Positions 16,769-25,180 of a stretch of 32,000 nt of DNA are shown piece after piece. The DNA lies in NCBI RefSeq assembly GCF_000092105.1, contig NC_014148.1, positions 3,390,001-3,422,000 on the forward strand, written 5' to 3'. The notes under the pieces were generated by a model. The model did no database searches and was not told the DNA's origin. It worked only from the letters and a program-made list of their open reading frames with translations. This stretch comes from Planctopirus limnophila DSM 3776. GTDB lineage: Bacteria; Planctomycetota; Planctomycetia; Planctomycetales; Planctomycetaceae. Within the stretch, counting starts at the first letter, position 1. Every line of letters starts with the position of its first letter. The position numbers were made by a program, and so were the translations under genes.

Positions 16769-16791
16769 TGCTTCAACCAATGCTTCAACCA
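16769..16791. repeat. 11-bp perfect direct repeat TGCTTCAACCA x2 (period 12), about 90 bp upstream of the giant ORF
   Basis: tgcttcaacca occurs at 16769-16779 and at 16781-16791, separated by a single A. Confidence 0.85.
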
Positions 16792-16877
16792 GCGGTTTGC
16801 CTCCAGCCGCACCAAACAGGCCAGGTATCTCGAGTCATCAGTTCTGCGGGATGATCAGTTTCTGAGAAGGATGAGGA

Positions 16878-19800
16878 ATGGGTCAGCGTCAAACCAATCA
16901 GAACTCTCGACTCAAGATCGTGGTGACCGCAGGCCTGGTGACCGCATTACTGATCGTGGCGACGTATCAGACGCCAAACGCGAATGCCCAGAATCGAGGC
17001 TTAGGCCCGCTGGGTAAAATTATCCAGCGAATTCTTGTGCCTCAGGCGGTCGATCGCGATGAAGAACCCGATGAAGCCAGGAAAGAGCGTGGTTCGCGAG
17101 ATCGCGACCATATCGATAGTCGTGCACCGCAGGATCAGAAACTGCAATCGGCTTATCGTGCTGCGCTGGAGGGGATCGAGAAACAACAGGACTGGGGAAC
17201 CGCCATTGATGTCCTGCAACGAGTGCTCGATCACGACAACGACTCGCTCGAACGCAATCAGGATGGCACCTGGACATCTCTCAAGTGGCTGGCCACACAG
17301 ACGTTGTTGCGAGCCCCTGAAAATGTTCGACGAACTTATATCGAACGGTACGCTCCACTGGCCGAGGCACTTCGCAAAGAAGCCCGGCAGACCAGCGATC
17401 GCACTCGACTGACCAGCGTCGCCACTCGTTTTATGCTGACACCTGCGGGCCAGCTTGCTGCCGATGAACTTGCCCTCGGAAGCCTGGATCGTGGTGAATA
17501 CGGTCTGGCCAGTCGCTGGCATGAGATGCTCTGGCTCGCACAGGCCGAGTTCGTCAAGAACCCTCCCTGGCAATTGAGAGCCGCACTTACAGCCAAATAT
17601 GCGGGTCGAAAAGAATTTCTCGATACCCTCACCAAAAGCTGGCCGGAATGGAAACAGGGAGCCAGTCTTGCCAGCGGAGAAATTCGCCAGCCACTCCAAT
17701 GGCTGGATCGCATGCATACGATTATCGAACCACCACCTCAGTCATTGACAGAGCAGTGGATCCCGCAAGGTCTTGGCGGCCGGGTTTCGGCATCCAAAAC
17801 CAGCGACTATGTCCTCCTGCCACTTTATTCGCATCCCATCTCGACCAGTTCTTATCTGATCGAGCGAATCCGCACGATGACTGAGGAATTGCTGGAATCA
17901 GGACGGATCCCGCTGCTCACCAATCAGCCACTCGTCGTCGGTGATCGATTGATCGTCCGCGATCTGGGCGGTGTCCAGGTTTATGACATTCGCACAGGTC
18001 GCTCGTTATGGCAAACCGAGATGACCGTTGTCCCGGAAAATGTCTTCCTCGATTCCCCCGCAGCCAACGGAACACTCCCCTTTCGCGGGAACGTTCGCAT
18101 CAATCGAGCGGCAGGAATCCGCATGGCCCGCAATGGCATGGTCACCGATTCTTCCATGGACGATAATGGCGACTCGGCAGACTACCATCCGCTGGGAACT
18201 TTGCTCTTCCGCGAAGGGACCTACAACTCCCTCTCTTCTGATGGCCAGCGGCTCTTCGTGGTCGAGGATCAGGCCGTCATTACTCGTGCCAATCCTGGCA
18301 ATCAATGGTCCATGAACGGCAACATTCAAGACCCTCTCGGACAGAACTGGCGAAGCAATCGACTTACAGCCTACGACCTGACGTCCGGCCGCATTCTCTG
18401 GACGATTGGTGGCGGCGGTGCACAGGATTCACTCGGCTTGCCACTGGCTGGTGGCTATTTCCACAGCGCCCCACTACCCGATCGCGATGAACTCCTCGTC
18501 ACCTGCGAAATTGCTGGCGAAGTACGTTTAGTCGCCCTGAATCCCCAGTCCGGGTCAATGCTGTGGTCTCAGCTGATTGGCTACCCGGATTCCAAAATTG
18601 AAGACGATATCGCCCGCCGATGGATCAACAATTCCGTTGCCACCAGCCAGGGGATCATCATCTGCCCCACAACTTTAGGGTGGCTGGTCGCTGTGGATCG
18701 TGAACGGCATTCGATCCTCTGGGCCCAAAGGTATTCCGAGATTCACGAATCGCGAGGAATGTCTCACCAGGGGGCTGAATTGCTCAGCATGCAATCATTA
18801 GGCTCCGAATGGCACGGCTCAATTCCCAGCATTATGGGTGATGCCGTCGTCTATGCTCCTGCGGAAAGCCAGCATCTCTTCTGTTTTGATCTCCTCAGTG
18901 GTCGCCAGCGATGGAAGATTGACCGTGGAAATCATGTCTTTGTGGCAGCCGTCACACCCACCGCTGTCGTAATGGCACATCCCCGCGGTCTGACAGCTTT
19001 GAATCTCGCGGACGGGCAATCCTTATGGACAACCGAACTTCCCGAGACGGATCTTCTGGCTGGACGTGGTGTTTTAGGAAATGGCGAATATCTTGCCCCC
19101 TCCCGCCAGGGTCGAATCTATTCCATCAATTTACAGGATGGTGGCATCACCGGAACACGGCGAACAGCCAACGATAGCGGCTACCTGGGCAATCTGGTGG
19201 CTGCAGGAGATCGACTTGTCTCGTTCAGTACAGACGGCCTGGTGACTTACACTTCCCGTCCTCAACTCGCCCGCTGGCTGAAAAATACGCAAGAAAACGC
19301 ACCCCAGATGCATTCATTGCGCGCACAACTCGCTTTAGTCGAAAGACGGCCTCGCGAGGCTCGCCAGGCACTCGATGACGCTTTTCAATCCTTGGACGCA
19401 GCCTGGATTCTGCAGGCATTGCCACCTGATGGGACATCAACAGATCGTACCAACACCATCTCGTCAAAGAGCGAACCTTTATCGCCCGATGATTCGACCT
19501 ATCCACTCACTCCCGAAAGTTTTCGTCGCATTGTCTGGACGGTCTCATTAACCCGATTGCATGAGGGGAATTTCGACCAGATCGATCTGGATCGATTATC
19601 GCGGGCTGCTTCGACCACAGCCGAAAAAGGGCTCGCCATCGCTCACAGTTTAAGAGCACGTTCCCGCCAGAATCCGGATATCAAATTCTTCAGTGAATTG
19701 ACAGCATTCGTCGAAAGCTTTGGCAACAACACATTCCCGGATGACCAGAACTCATCGATCCGCCTGACCGGCAAAGCCTGGGCTCGTGGTTTACTGCGGG

Positions 19801-21815
19801 AGATAACCCTTCCCCGGCAGAAAGATTCTGCCACGCCCAAGTCATCCTCAGAAAAAATCGCGTCTGACGACGAGCAGCAGGCGATGGCCAGTGCCTGGTC
19901 AGAATTACTCCGCAAACAACTCGAATCTTCGGCTCTGAACCTCCAACAAGAAGCTCCTGATCAGAAAACTCCTTCGAAGGAAATCGCCGGACAGAACTTT
20001 CAATTGCTCCTCGAACTGGCTGATTTTCATCCGGTGACACAGAACTTGAAGCTTGCGGCAATCGATCAACTCATCGAGAACAAACTTCTGGCCGAAGCAG
20101 AACTCAGACTCCTGCTGTGGAAATCGAGCTCCTTAGAATCTCAGCAATCACTCCTCGATGAAAGGCTCGCGAAGATAACCGTGGCTTTAAATGCCGAGCA
20201 GGATCTCGCGGCTCTGAAACGTCCGGAAACTCAGGTCAGTAAGTCATCACCCAGTCAGCCAAACGTAACTGCACCTTCTCCTGGTCCGGTCGCTCAAGGC
20301 GAAGCAAAAACACCACCTGAAAATGGCGAAGAGGTCGCCGCCTCTGCACCAACCCCACCGGCCCCCTGGGGTATGGAGACGATGGGAGCCACCTATTCTC
20401 AGCAGATGCAGACTGGCACACTCTCTTCGAATTTGCCCTCAATCTCGGCCTATCGATACGATGTCGATCATCAGGCTCAAAAAATCGCCTTTCGTCATCG
20501 AAGTAACCCAGCGTGGAACTGGCGGCCATCACTGGCCGGCTCTCGGAATCGAGGAAACCAGCATACGGTCGCTTTGACAGTTGGCCACTCGGTCTACGTT
20601 CTGCATCAGCAGGTCCTTACGCTCCTTTCTCCGCTCGAGAAAAAATCGATCTGGAGTTATTCGCTGGAAGAGACTGGGCCCAACGCCCGGAGTGGCCACA
20701 GACCGAGCCCGATGGGCTTGATCGATACTGAGAACAACATGATTTCGCTGCTGGCTTCAGAACAACTGAATGCGCGCGGTCGATTTGCGGGTGCTTCTCC
20801 CGGTGGACTGGTTCTGTTCGGCAACCGAACTCTTGATGTCTTTGATCCTGTCACTGGTGATTTAAGGTGGCAGAAAATCAATATGAGAGCCGACAGTCGG
20901 GTGATTGTCCTCAACGATTATCTGCTGATTTATTCGTTTGAACGATCACAGATGGCGATTCATCGCTTAGACGATGGTCGCGAAATTTCCTCTCCCTGGG
21001 AGCCCCAGCGGTTACACCAGGCCATTGGTACGACAGGCAACAGCCTGATCTTGTTTGACAAAAATACCAAGCGAGGATTTCTGGGGCTGGTCTCCGGCAA
21101 CTGCACCATCCGCAAAGAAAGCCCAATCACGGGAAAAGTTGAGTGGAGTCTGGGACTCCCTGCCGGGACTGCCGTTTCCGAAATCATGGAAGGCAATTGG
21201 TTTGTCTCCAAGCCCTCCGGAGAAACGTTACGGTTAAGTGCCGCGACAGGTACCAGCCAGAGCCTGGGGGCGATTCCACTCTCTGCTCGCGGCACACATC
21301 GAGGCGAAAAATTCGTCTCGACGGATGGCGAACGCATTTACCTGTTCCTGAATGACAACCGCTACAGCGACGCCCGCTTTGCCGACAGCCTGTCGAGCCA
21401 TCGCGCCAGTGGCGAGATTTTCACCTGGAACCTCGCTACAGGAAAACTCCTTTGGAATTGCAAAATTGCGAACCAGCAACTCGCCATGGACAGTCTGGCG
21501 GATGCTCCTGTCCTGGTGTTTGCTTCGCGAAGCTGGAAACAGAAGGCCGATGTGCATTACTCCATGCTCTGGATGGATGTCATCGACAAAGCCACCGGAA
21601 CCAGCCTCTTCAGCCAGTCTCGACCATTTGCCTCCTCTGGTCTGCACAGCTTCTCGGTCACACCGGATGGTCAGAAAGTCGAATTGGCCACATACAACAT
21701 GAAACTGCGCCTTGGGCCTGTGCATGCTTCATCGACCAAATCTGCCGATTCGAACTCTCCAGCAACTCCCACAGCCGACTCACCAGCCACACCTGCCGAG
21801 CCTGCGAAGCCATAA
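16878..21815 (+). CDS. very large secreted or membrane-anchored protein with two PQQ-like (BamB-like) beta-propeller regions
   Basis: 1645-aa ORF. The ATG is preceded by AAGGATGAGGA. An N-terminal hydrophobic anchor or signal reads LKIVVTAGLVTALLIVATYQTPNANAQ. The 'x-D-x-x-(T/S)G-x-x-x-W' repeat signature recurs: YDIRTGRSLWQTEM, YDLTSGRILWTIGG, LNPQSGSMLWSQLIG, VDRERHSILWAQRY, FDLLSGRQRWKIDRG, LNLADGQSLWTTELP. After a helical, low-complexity middle section of about 400 aa, further copies appear: FDPVTGDLRWQKINM, PITGKVEWSLGLP, WNLATGKLLWNCKIA. The C-terminal tail is S/P/A/T-rich (DSPATP x2). Confidence 0.8.
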   Translation: MGQRQTNQNSRLKIVVTAGLVTALLIVATYQTPNANAQNRGLGPLGKIIQRILVPQAVDRDEEPDEARKERGSRDRDHIDSRAPQDQKLQSAYRAALEGIEKQQDWGTAIDVLQRVLDHDNDSLERNQDGTWTSLKWLATQTLLRAPENVRRTYIERYAPLAEALRKEARQTSDRTRLTSVATRFMLTPAGQLAADELALGSLDRGEYGLASRWHEMLWLAQAEFVKNPPWQLRAALTAKYAGRKEFLDTLTKSWPEWKQGASLASGEIRQPLQWLDRMHTIIEPPPQSLTEQWIPQGLGGRVSASKTSDYVLLPLYSHPISTSSYLIERIRTMTEELLESGRIPLLTNQPLVVGDRLIVRDLGGVQVYDIRTGRSLWQTEMTVVPENVFLDSPAANGTLPFRGNVRINRAAGIRMARNGMVTDSSMDDNGDSADYHPLGTLLFREGTYNSLSSDGQRLFVVEDQAVITRANPGNQWSMNGNIQDPLGQNWRSNRLTAYDLTSGRILWTIGGGGAQDSLGLPLAGGYFHSAPLPDRDELLVTCEIAGEVRLVALNPQSGSMLWSQLIGYPDSKIEDDIARRWINNSVATSQGIIICPTTLGWLVAVDRERHSILWAQRYSEIHESRGMSHQGAELLSMQSLGSEWHGSIPSIMGDAVVYAPAESQHLFCFDLLSGRQRWKIDRGNHVFVAAVTPTAVVMAHPRGLTALNLADGQSLWTTELPETDLLAGRGVLGNGEYLAPSRQGRIYSINLQDGGITGTRRTANDSGYLGNLVAAGDRLVSFSTDGLVTYTSRPQLARWLKNTQENAPQMHSLRAQLALVERRPREARQALDDAFQSLDAAWILQALPPDGTSTDRTNTISSKSEPLSPDDSTYPLTPESFRRIVWTVSLTRLHEGNFDQIDLDRLSRAASTTAEKGLAIAHSLRARSRQNPDIKFFSELTAFVESFGNNTFPDDQNSSIRLTGKAWARGLLREITLPRQKDSATPKSSSEKIASDDEQQAMASAWSELLRKQLESSALNLQQEAPDQKTPSKEIAGQNFQLLLELADFHPVTQNLKLAAIDQLIENKLLAEAELRLLLWKSSSLESQQSLLDERLAKITVALNAEQDLAALKRPETQVSKSSPSQPNVTAPSPGPVAQGEAKTPPENGEEVAASAPTPPAPWGMETMGATYSQQMQTGTLSSNLPSISAYRYDVDHQAQKIAFRHRSNPAWNWRPSLAGSRNRGNQHTVALTVGHSVYVLHQQVLTLLSPLEKKSIWSYSLEETGPNARSGHRPSPMGLIDTENNMISLLASEQLNARGRFAGASPGGLVLFGNRTLDVFDPVTGDLRWQKINMRADSRVIVLNDYLLIYSFERSQMAIHRLDDGREISSPWEPQRLHQAIGTTGNSLILFDKNTKRGFLGLVSGNCTIRKESPITGKVEWSLGLPAGTAVSEIMEGNWFVSKPSGETLRLSAATGTSQSLGAIPLSARGTHRGEKFVSTDGERIYLFLNDNRYSDARFADSLSSHRASGEIFTWNLATGKLLWNCKIANQQLAMDSLADAPVLVFASRSWKQKADVHYSMLWMDVIDKATGTSLFSQSRPFASSGLHSFSVTPDGQKVELATYNMKLRLGPVHASSTKSADSNSPATPTADSPATPAEPAKP

Positions 21816-21957
21816 GGCATGCCAGAAGTCAGCACGTGATGAATCCTGCGGTTGAATCCAGATCAACAAGTTTTATGGCTCCTCGCTGTTGATTGAAATC
21901 GTGGCTGCAATAACCCATTTTCCAAGAACCATCGGCACCGAAAGGTCGATTCACTTC

Positions 21958-22866
21958 ATGAAGGCATGGCTGCAGATTCTCAGGCTCCCCGCAGTATTTA
22001 CGGCCATGGCCGATATCTTCGCAGGGTTTATCCTTTCCCATCGATCCCTGCAGCCTGTGAATCAGTTCTTGCTCCTTCTGGGGAGTTCGAGCTGCCTGTA
22101 TCTCGCCGGCATGGTGCTGAACGACTATTTCGACCGTGATCTGGATGCCCTCGAAAGACCCGAACGGCCGATTCCCTCGGGTCGAATTTCAGCCAATATC
22201 GCTTTATGCGCAGGTTTTTTTCTGTTGATTGCCGGCACCGGCCTGGCATTCCTCGCGGGCCCTACATCGGCGATCGTGGCCGGAATTCTGGCATTCTTTG
22301 TTGTCTCTTACGATGCACTCACCAAAGGGAGTTGGCTGGGCCCCATCAATATGGGGCTTTGCCGGGGCTTGAATCTGCTGCTGGGTGCCAGTGCCGGCAA
22401 CGCTTTCATTGAGATTTTTGCTCAGCCGCAACTGATGGCCGCCCTGGCGATGGGCACTTACATTGCCGGAGTGACCTTGTTTGCGAGAGATGAAGCCCAT
22501 GGAGTTCCAGGACGACTCAGCACTTCCACAAAAATCTCACTCATTGGTGGTATGCTGGGAGTAGCCGCCGGCCTGGGGTTACTGTGTGCCATGTTTGCTT
22601 CGACTCCGAACGCTGCAGGCAATCCGCAGACCGCCTGGTTCGTGACCCTGCTCATCGGGTTTTCCGCGATTCGACGAATGCTGATTTCGATTCGAACTCC
22701 CTCACCACAGATCATCCAGTCCACCGTGAAGCTGTTACTGTTTTCGTATGTGATCTGCAGTGGAGTCGTTGTGCACTGGTCCACAAATAATCCATGGCTT
22801 TCTTTTGGAACTGTCGCCTTGTTGATCCCCGCAATGCTCCTCGGACGGCTGATTCGTCTGACATAA
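21958..22866 (+). CDS. UbiA-family aromatic/polyprenyl prenyltransferase (integral membrane)
   Basis: The first Asp-rich motif is NDYFDRDLDALERPERPIPSGR. The protein has about 8-9 hydrophobic helices. I prefer the ATG at 21958 (MKAWLQILRLPAVFTAMADIF) to the track's TTG at 21889. The substrate class cannot be determined by eye. Confidence 0.8.
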   Translation: MKAWLQILRLPAVFTAMADIFAGFILSHRSLQPVNQFLLLLGSSSCLYLAGMVLNDYFDRDLDALERPERPIPSGRISANIALCAGFFLLIAGTGLAFLAGPTSAIVAGILAFFVVSYDALTKGSWLGPINMGLCRGLNLLLGASAGNAFIEIFAQPQLMAALAMGTYIAGVTLFARDEAHGVPGRLSTSTKISLIGGMLGVAAGLGLLCAMFASTPNAAGNPQTAWFVTLLIGFSAIRRMLISIRTPSPQIIQSTVKLLLFSYVICSGVVVHWSTNNPWLSFGTVALLIPAMLLGRLIRLT

Positions 22867-22953
22867 CAGGTGGCACACTTACATGAGTGTCTGCCCCACA
22901 AAGAATCTGTGAATTGCTCACTGATCGATGATCAAGAAACAGATCTCAACGAA

Positions 22954-22988
22954 AAACCCTGCCCGGGAGAAACTCCCGGGCAGGGTTT
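22954..22988. terminator. strong hairpin between convergent genes, a likely bidirectional terminator
   Basis: A 16-bp perfect stem, AAACCCTGCCCGGGAG (22954-22969) with CTCCCGGGCAGGGTTT (22973-22988), and a 3-nt loop. An A-run lies 5' on the plus strand, which gives a U-run (UUUUUCG) after the stem on the minus strand. Confidence 0.75.
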
Positions 22989-23077
22989 GAGCAATTATCA
23001 GTACAGAGTTCACACGGCATCGATCCCAACAGCAATTGCCTGGCGGCTCGTAGCGAGTGAACAGGATCAGAAAAACC

Positions 23078-23389
23078 TTATGGGTTTTCAACTTCTTTTT
23101 TAGGCTCTTCAGCCTTGGGTTCTTCAGCCTTAGGCTCTGCAGGCTTGGCTTCTTCAACCTTTGGTGCTTCAGCCTTGGGCTCTTCAGCTTTGGTTTCAGC
23201 GGGCTTAGGATCAGCTGGCATTTCAGCGGCAGCAGGCTTTTCGGAAGTTGGAGCCATTTCGCCACCTACACCAGAATGACCAGGTGCTGCCACAGGTGGA
23301 GTGGTCGTCTTTGCGGCAGGCTTAGAATCACAGCCAGAAACGAGTGCCACTGCAATTGCACATCCAAGACTCAATACAACCTGCTTCAT
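23078..23389 (-). CDS. small lipoprotein with a P/K/A/E-rich repeat tail
   Basis: The signal peptide plus lipobox reads MKQVVLSLGCAIAVALVSG|C. The tail reads PADPKPAETKAEEPKAEAPKVEEAKPAEPKAEEPKAEEPKKE. GAAGG abuts the first ATG (23395) and lies 6 nt from the second ATG (23389), so I prefer 23389. Confidence 0.75.
   Translation of the reverse strand: MKQVVLSLGCAIAVALVSGCDSKPAAKTTTPPVAAPGHSGVGGEMAPTSEKPAAAEMPADPKPAETKAEEPKAEAPKVEEAKPAEPKAEEPKAEEPKKEVENP
23103..23207. repeat. about seven imperfect 15-bp tandem repeats (coding, encoding PKAEE-type pentapeptides)
   Basis: The plus-strand units are ggctcttcagccttg, ggttcttcagcctta, ggctctgcaggcttg, gcttcttcaaccttt, ggtgcttcagccttg, ggctcttcagctttg and gtttcagcgggctta. 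Confidence 0.85.
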
Positions 23390-23766
23390 GATCATCCTTC
23401 AAATCTAAAACATCGTAAACGGGCAAGTACGGCACATGGAACTGGCTGAACTACAGCCAGCACCTCATCACGACAAACGGCTTTGGACTACGAGGCAGTT
23501 TTCAAACCAGTGAGAAGTTTCAATGCTCGCCAAAAAGAGTTGACTATTCAGCGAACTGCCCCAAAATCTTCAACCTGAGTCTGTCTTGTCCGACTTACTC
23601 TTCACCACTTCAGTACATGTTTTAACATGCCTGAAGGTCAATTTCCTGCACGAATTTTCCTTTTTCAAGAATGCAGAAGATTCTGTTTCGTTGCATCGCT
23701 CCTGATACAACTTCGCTAACCCGCAGAGATTCCGGATATCTGGCCGCATGATCTTCGCATGCGATG

Positions 23767-24672
23767 TCAGGATTTTTTCTGTTTGCCGGGCCGCTTCTTC
23801 GCAACTGTCTGACAGTGTTCGCAATAAAACGTGGATCGCTGGGCCTGCACAATCCTCAGGATCACACCCGATCGGCAAGTTGAACAAACCTCACCGGCTT
23901 TGGCATAAACGAGGTGTTCATTCTGATATCCCCCCGATTTATTGAGCGCATTGCGATAGGTTCCATCAGAAAGTGTCGAACCTTCATACTGAATGGCCAG
24001 TTCGAGGATCTGCCGGGCAGCATTTGCCAGACGTTCCCATTCTTCTGGGTGGAGTTGACTGGAAGCAGATAAGGGAGAGATCCCAGCCCGATGCAGAATT
24101 TCGCTGGCGTAGAGATTCCCCACTCCTGCCACCAGCTTCTGATCCAGCATGGCCACTTTGACAGGACGCGACGTTTTCCCGAGTGCCGCTTTCCATCCCT
24201 CAGCAGCCAGTGACAACGCATCTGGCCCGATCTGATGGCTTGATAAAAGCTTCTCCAGCTCCCCCGGCGGTCTCCAGGTCACTGTTCCCAATCCCCGACG
24301 ATCCCAGAACCAGACCGATGTGGATTTTCCCTTTCCTTTCGTCGGGGAACCATGCGAGCCCGCCGGTGCGAGGCGAAACTCCAGTCGCAAGTGCTCGGCA
24401 CTGGGCGGGTCTTCCAGCAGCATCAAACCCGTCATTCTCGGCTCAATTGTCAGTGTCGATCCATCCGAAAAATCGAGCACCACCCGTTTACCCAGCCGCC
24501 AGACGCGCTGAATCACCTGGCCAGCTACACGCTCACAGACCGTTCGCTCGTCAGGAAGGATCGTGAGCGACCGATAAGCTGTGTCAAGAATTCTGAGAGC
24601 GACGAGCCTGTGACGTTCGAGTGCTGATCGAACGCCTCGAACCATGGTCTCCACTTCCGGCAGTTCCGGCAA
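23767..24672 (-). CDS. mutM: formamidopyrimidine-DNA glycosylase (Fpg/MutM)
   Basis: The N-terminus (M)PELPEVET carries the catalytic Pro2 and Glu3. The H2TH region reads LLDQKLVAGVGNLYASEILHRAGISP. The C-terminal zinc finger is CSTC...CEHC. The conserved PELPEVE forces a TTG start at 24672, and GAGGAG lies 11 nt upstream. Confidence 0.9.
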   Translation of the reverse strand: MPELPEVETMVRGVRSALERHRLVALRILDTAYRSLTILPDERTVCERVAGQVIQRVWRLGKRVVLDFSDGSTLTIEPRMTGLMLLEDPPSAEHLRLEFRLAPAGSHGSPTKGKGKSTSVWFWDRRGLGTVTWRPPGELEKLLSSHQIGPDALSLAAEGWKAALGKTSRPVKVAMLDQKLVAGVGNLYASEILHRAGISPLSASSQLHPEEWERLANAARQILELAIQYEGSTLSDGTYRNALNKSGGYQNEHLVYAKAGEVCSTCRSGVILRIVQAQRSTFYCEHCQTVAKKRPGKQKKS

Positions 24673-25180
24673 AACAGGTCACTCCTCAGAAAAAAATCAC
24701 GATTTCCAGCAGGCTCTCTCGCCCGGACAGCAGGTCTGGCCGATGTGACGATCACAGGACAATACGTTTTGATGTCATGCTGCCTCCACAACGTGACGTC
24801 ACCCACGCCAGATGGGGTTCTGCATCCAATTCTATCTTTGACGATTATGCCTTCGAAATCCATTCTGCCTAAATCACGTATTAAAGATTTTACAGGGGTA
24901 GAAAACTCATACAGCGTACCGACTGCTCCCAAAAACTTGTGAGAGCCTGCGAAAATTCGCTGGCAAAAAGAGGGGGCACTTAGACAAACTAGGGAAAAGA
25001 AATTTCGTTCCTGCTCAGCAGTTCATACTGCCCATATTCGTTATTCCGTTTTTTGCAATCTGAATATTACGGTGCTTGTTGACTCCTGAAGCCACCTCAG
25101 GAGACGAACAATGCCCCATGCATATTGTCTTAGATTGAACTTTCAGACTGGGTTCGGTCTGGTCCTTGGTCAACCGGGAA

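Noticed and set aside
17001-17717. 238-aa minus-strand ORF, and other 60-160-aa ORFs inside 16878-21815
   Set aside because: All are nested antisense or out of frame within the 1645-aa ORF, which has coherent repeat architecture. None has recognisable motifs.
23103-23207. Short tandem repeats as a possible CRISPR or other non-coding array
   Set aside because: The period is only 15 bp with no unique spacers. The units are in frame and encode PKAEE-type pentapeptides within a lipoprotein gene, so this is a coding repeat.
24316-24369. Insertion of about 15 aa (APAGSHGSPTKGKGKSTS) and a Lys-rich C-terminal tail in MutM
   Set aside because: The catalytic N-terminus, H2TH and zinc finger are intact. 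Loop insertions of this size are common lineage variation in Fpg proteins, and nothing suggests a new function.
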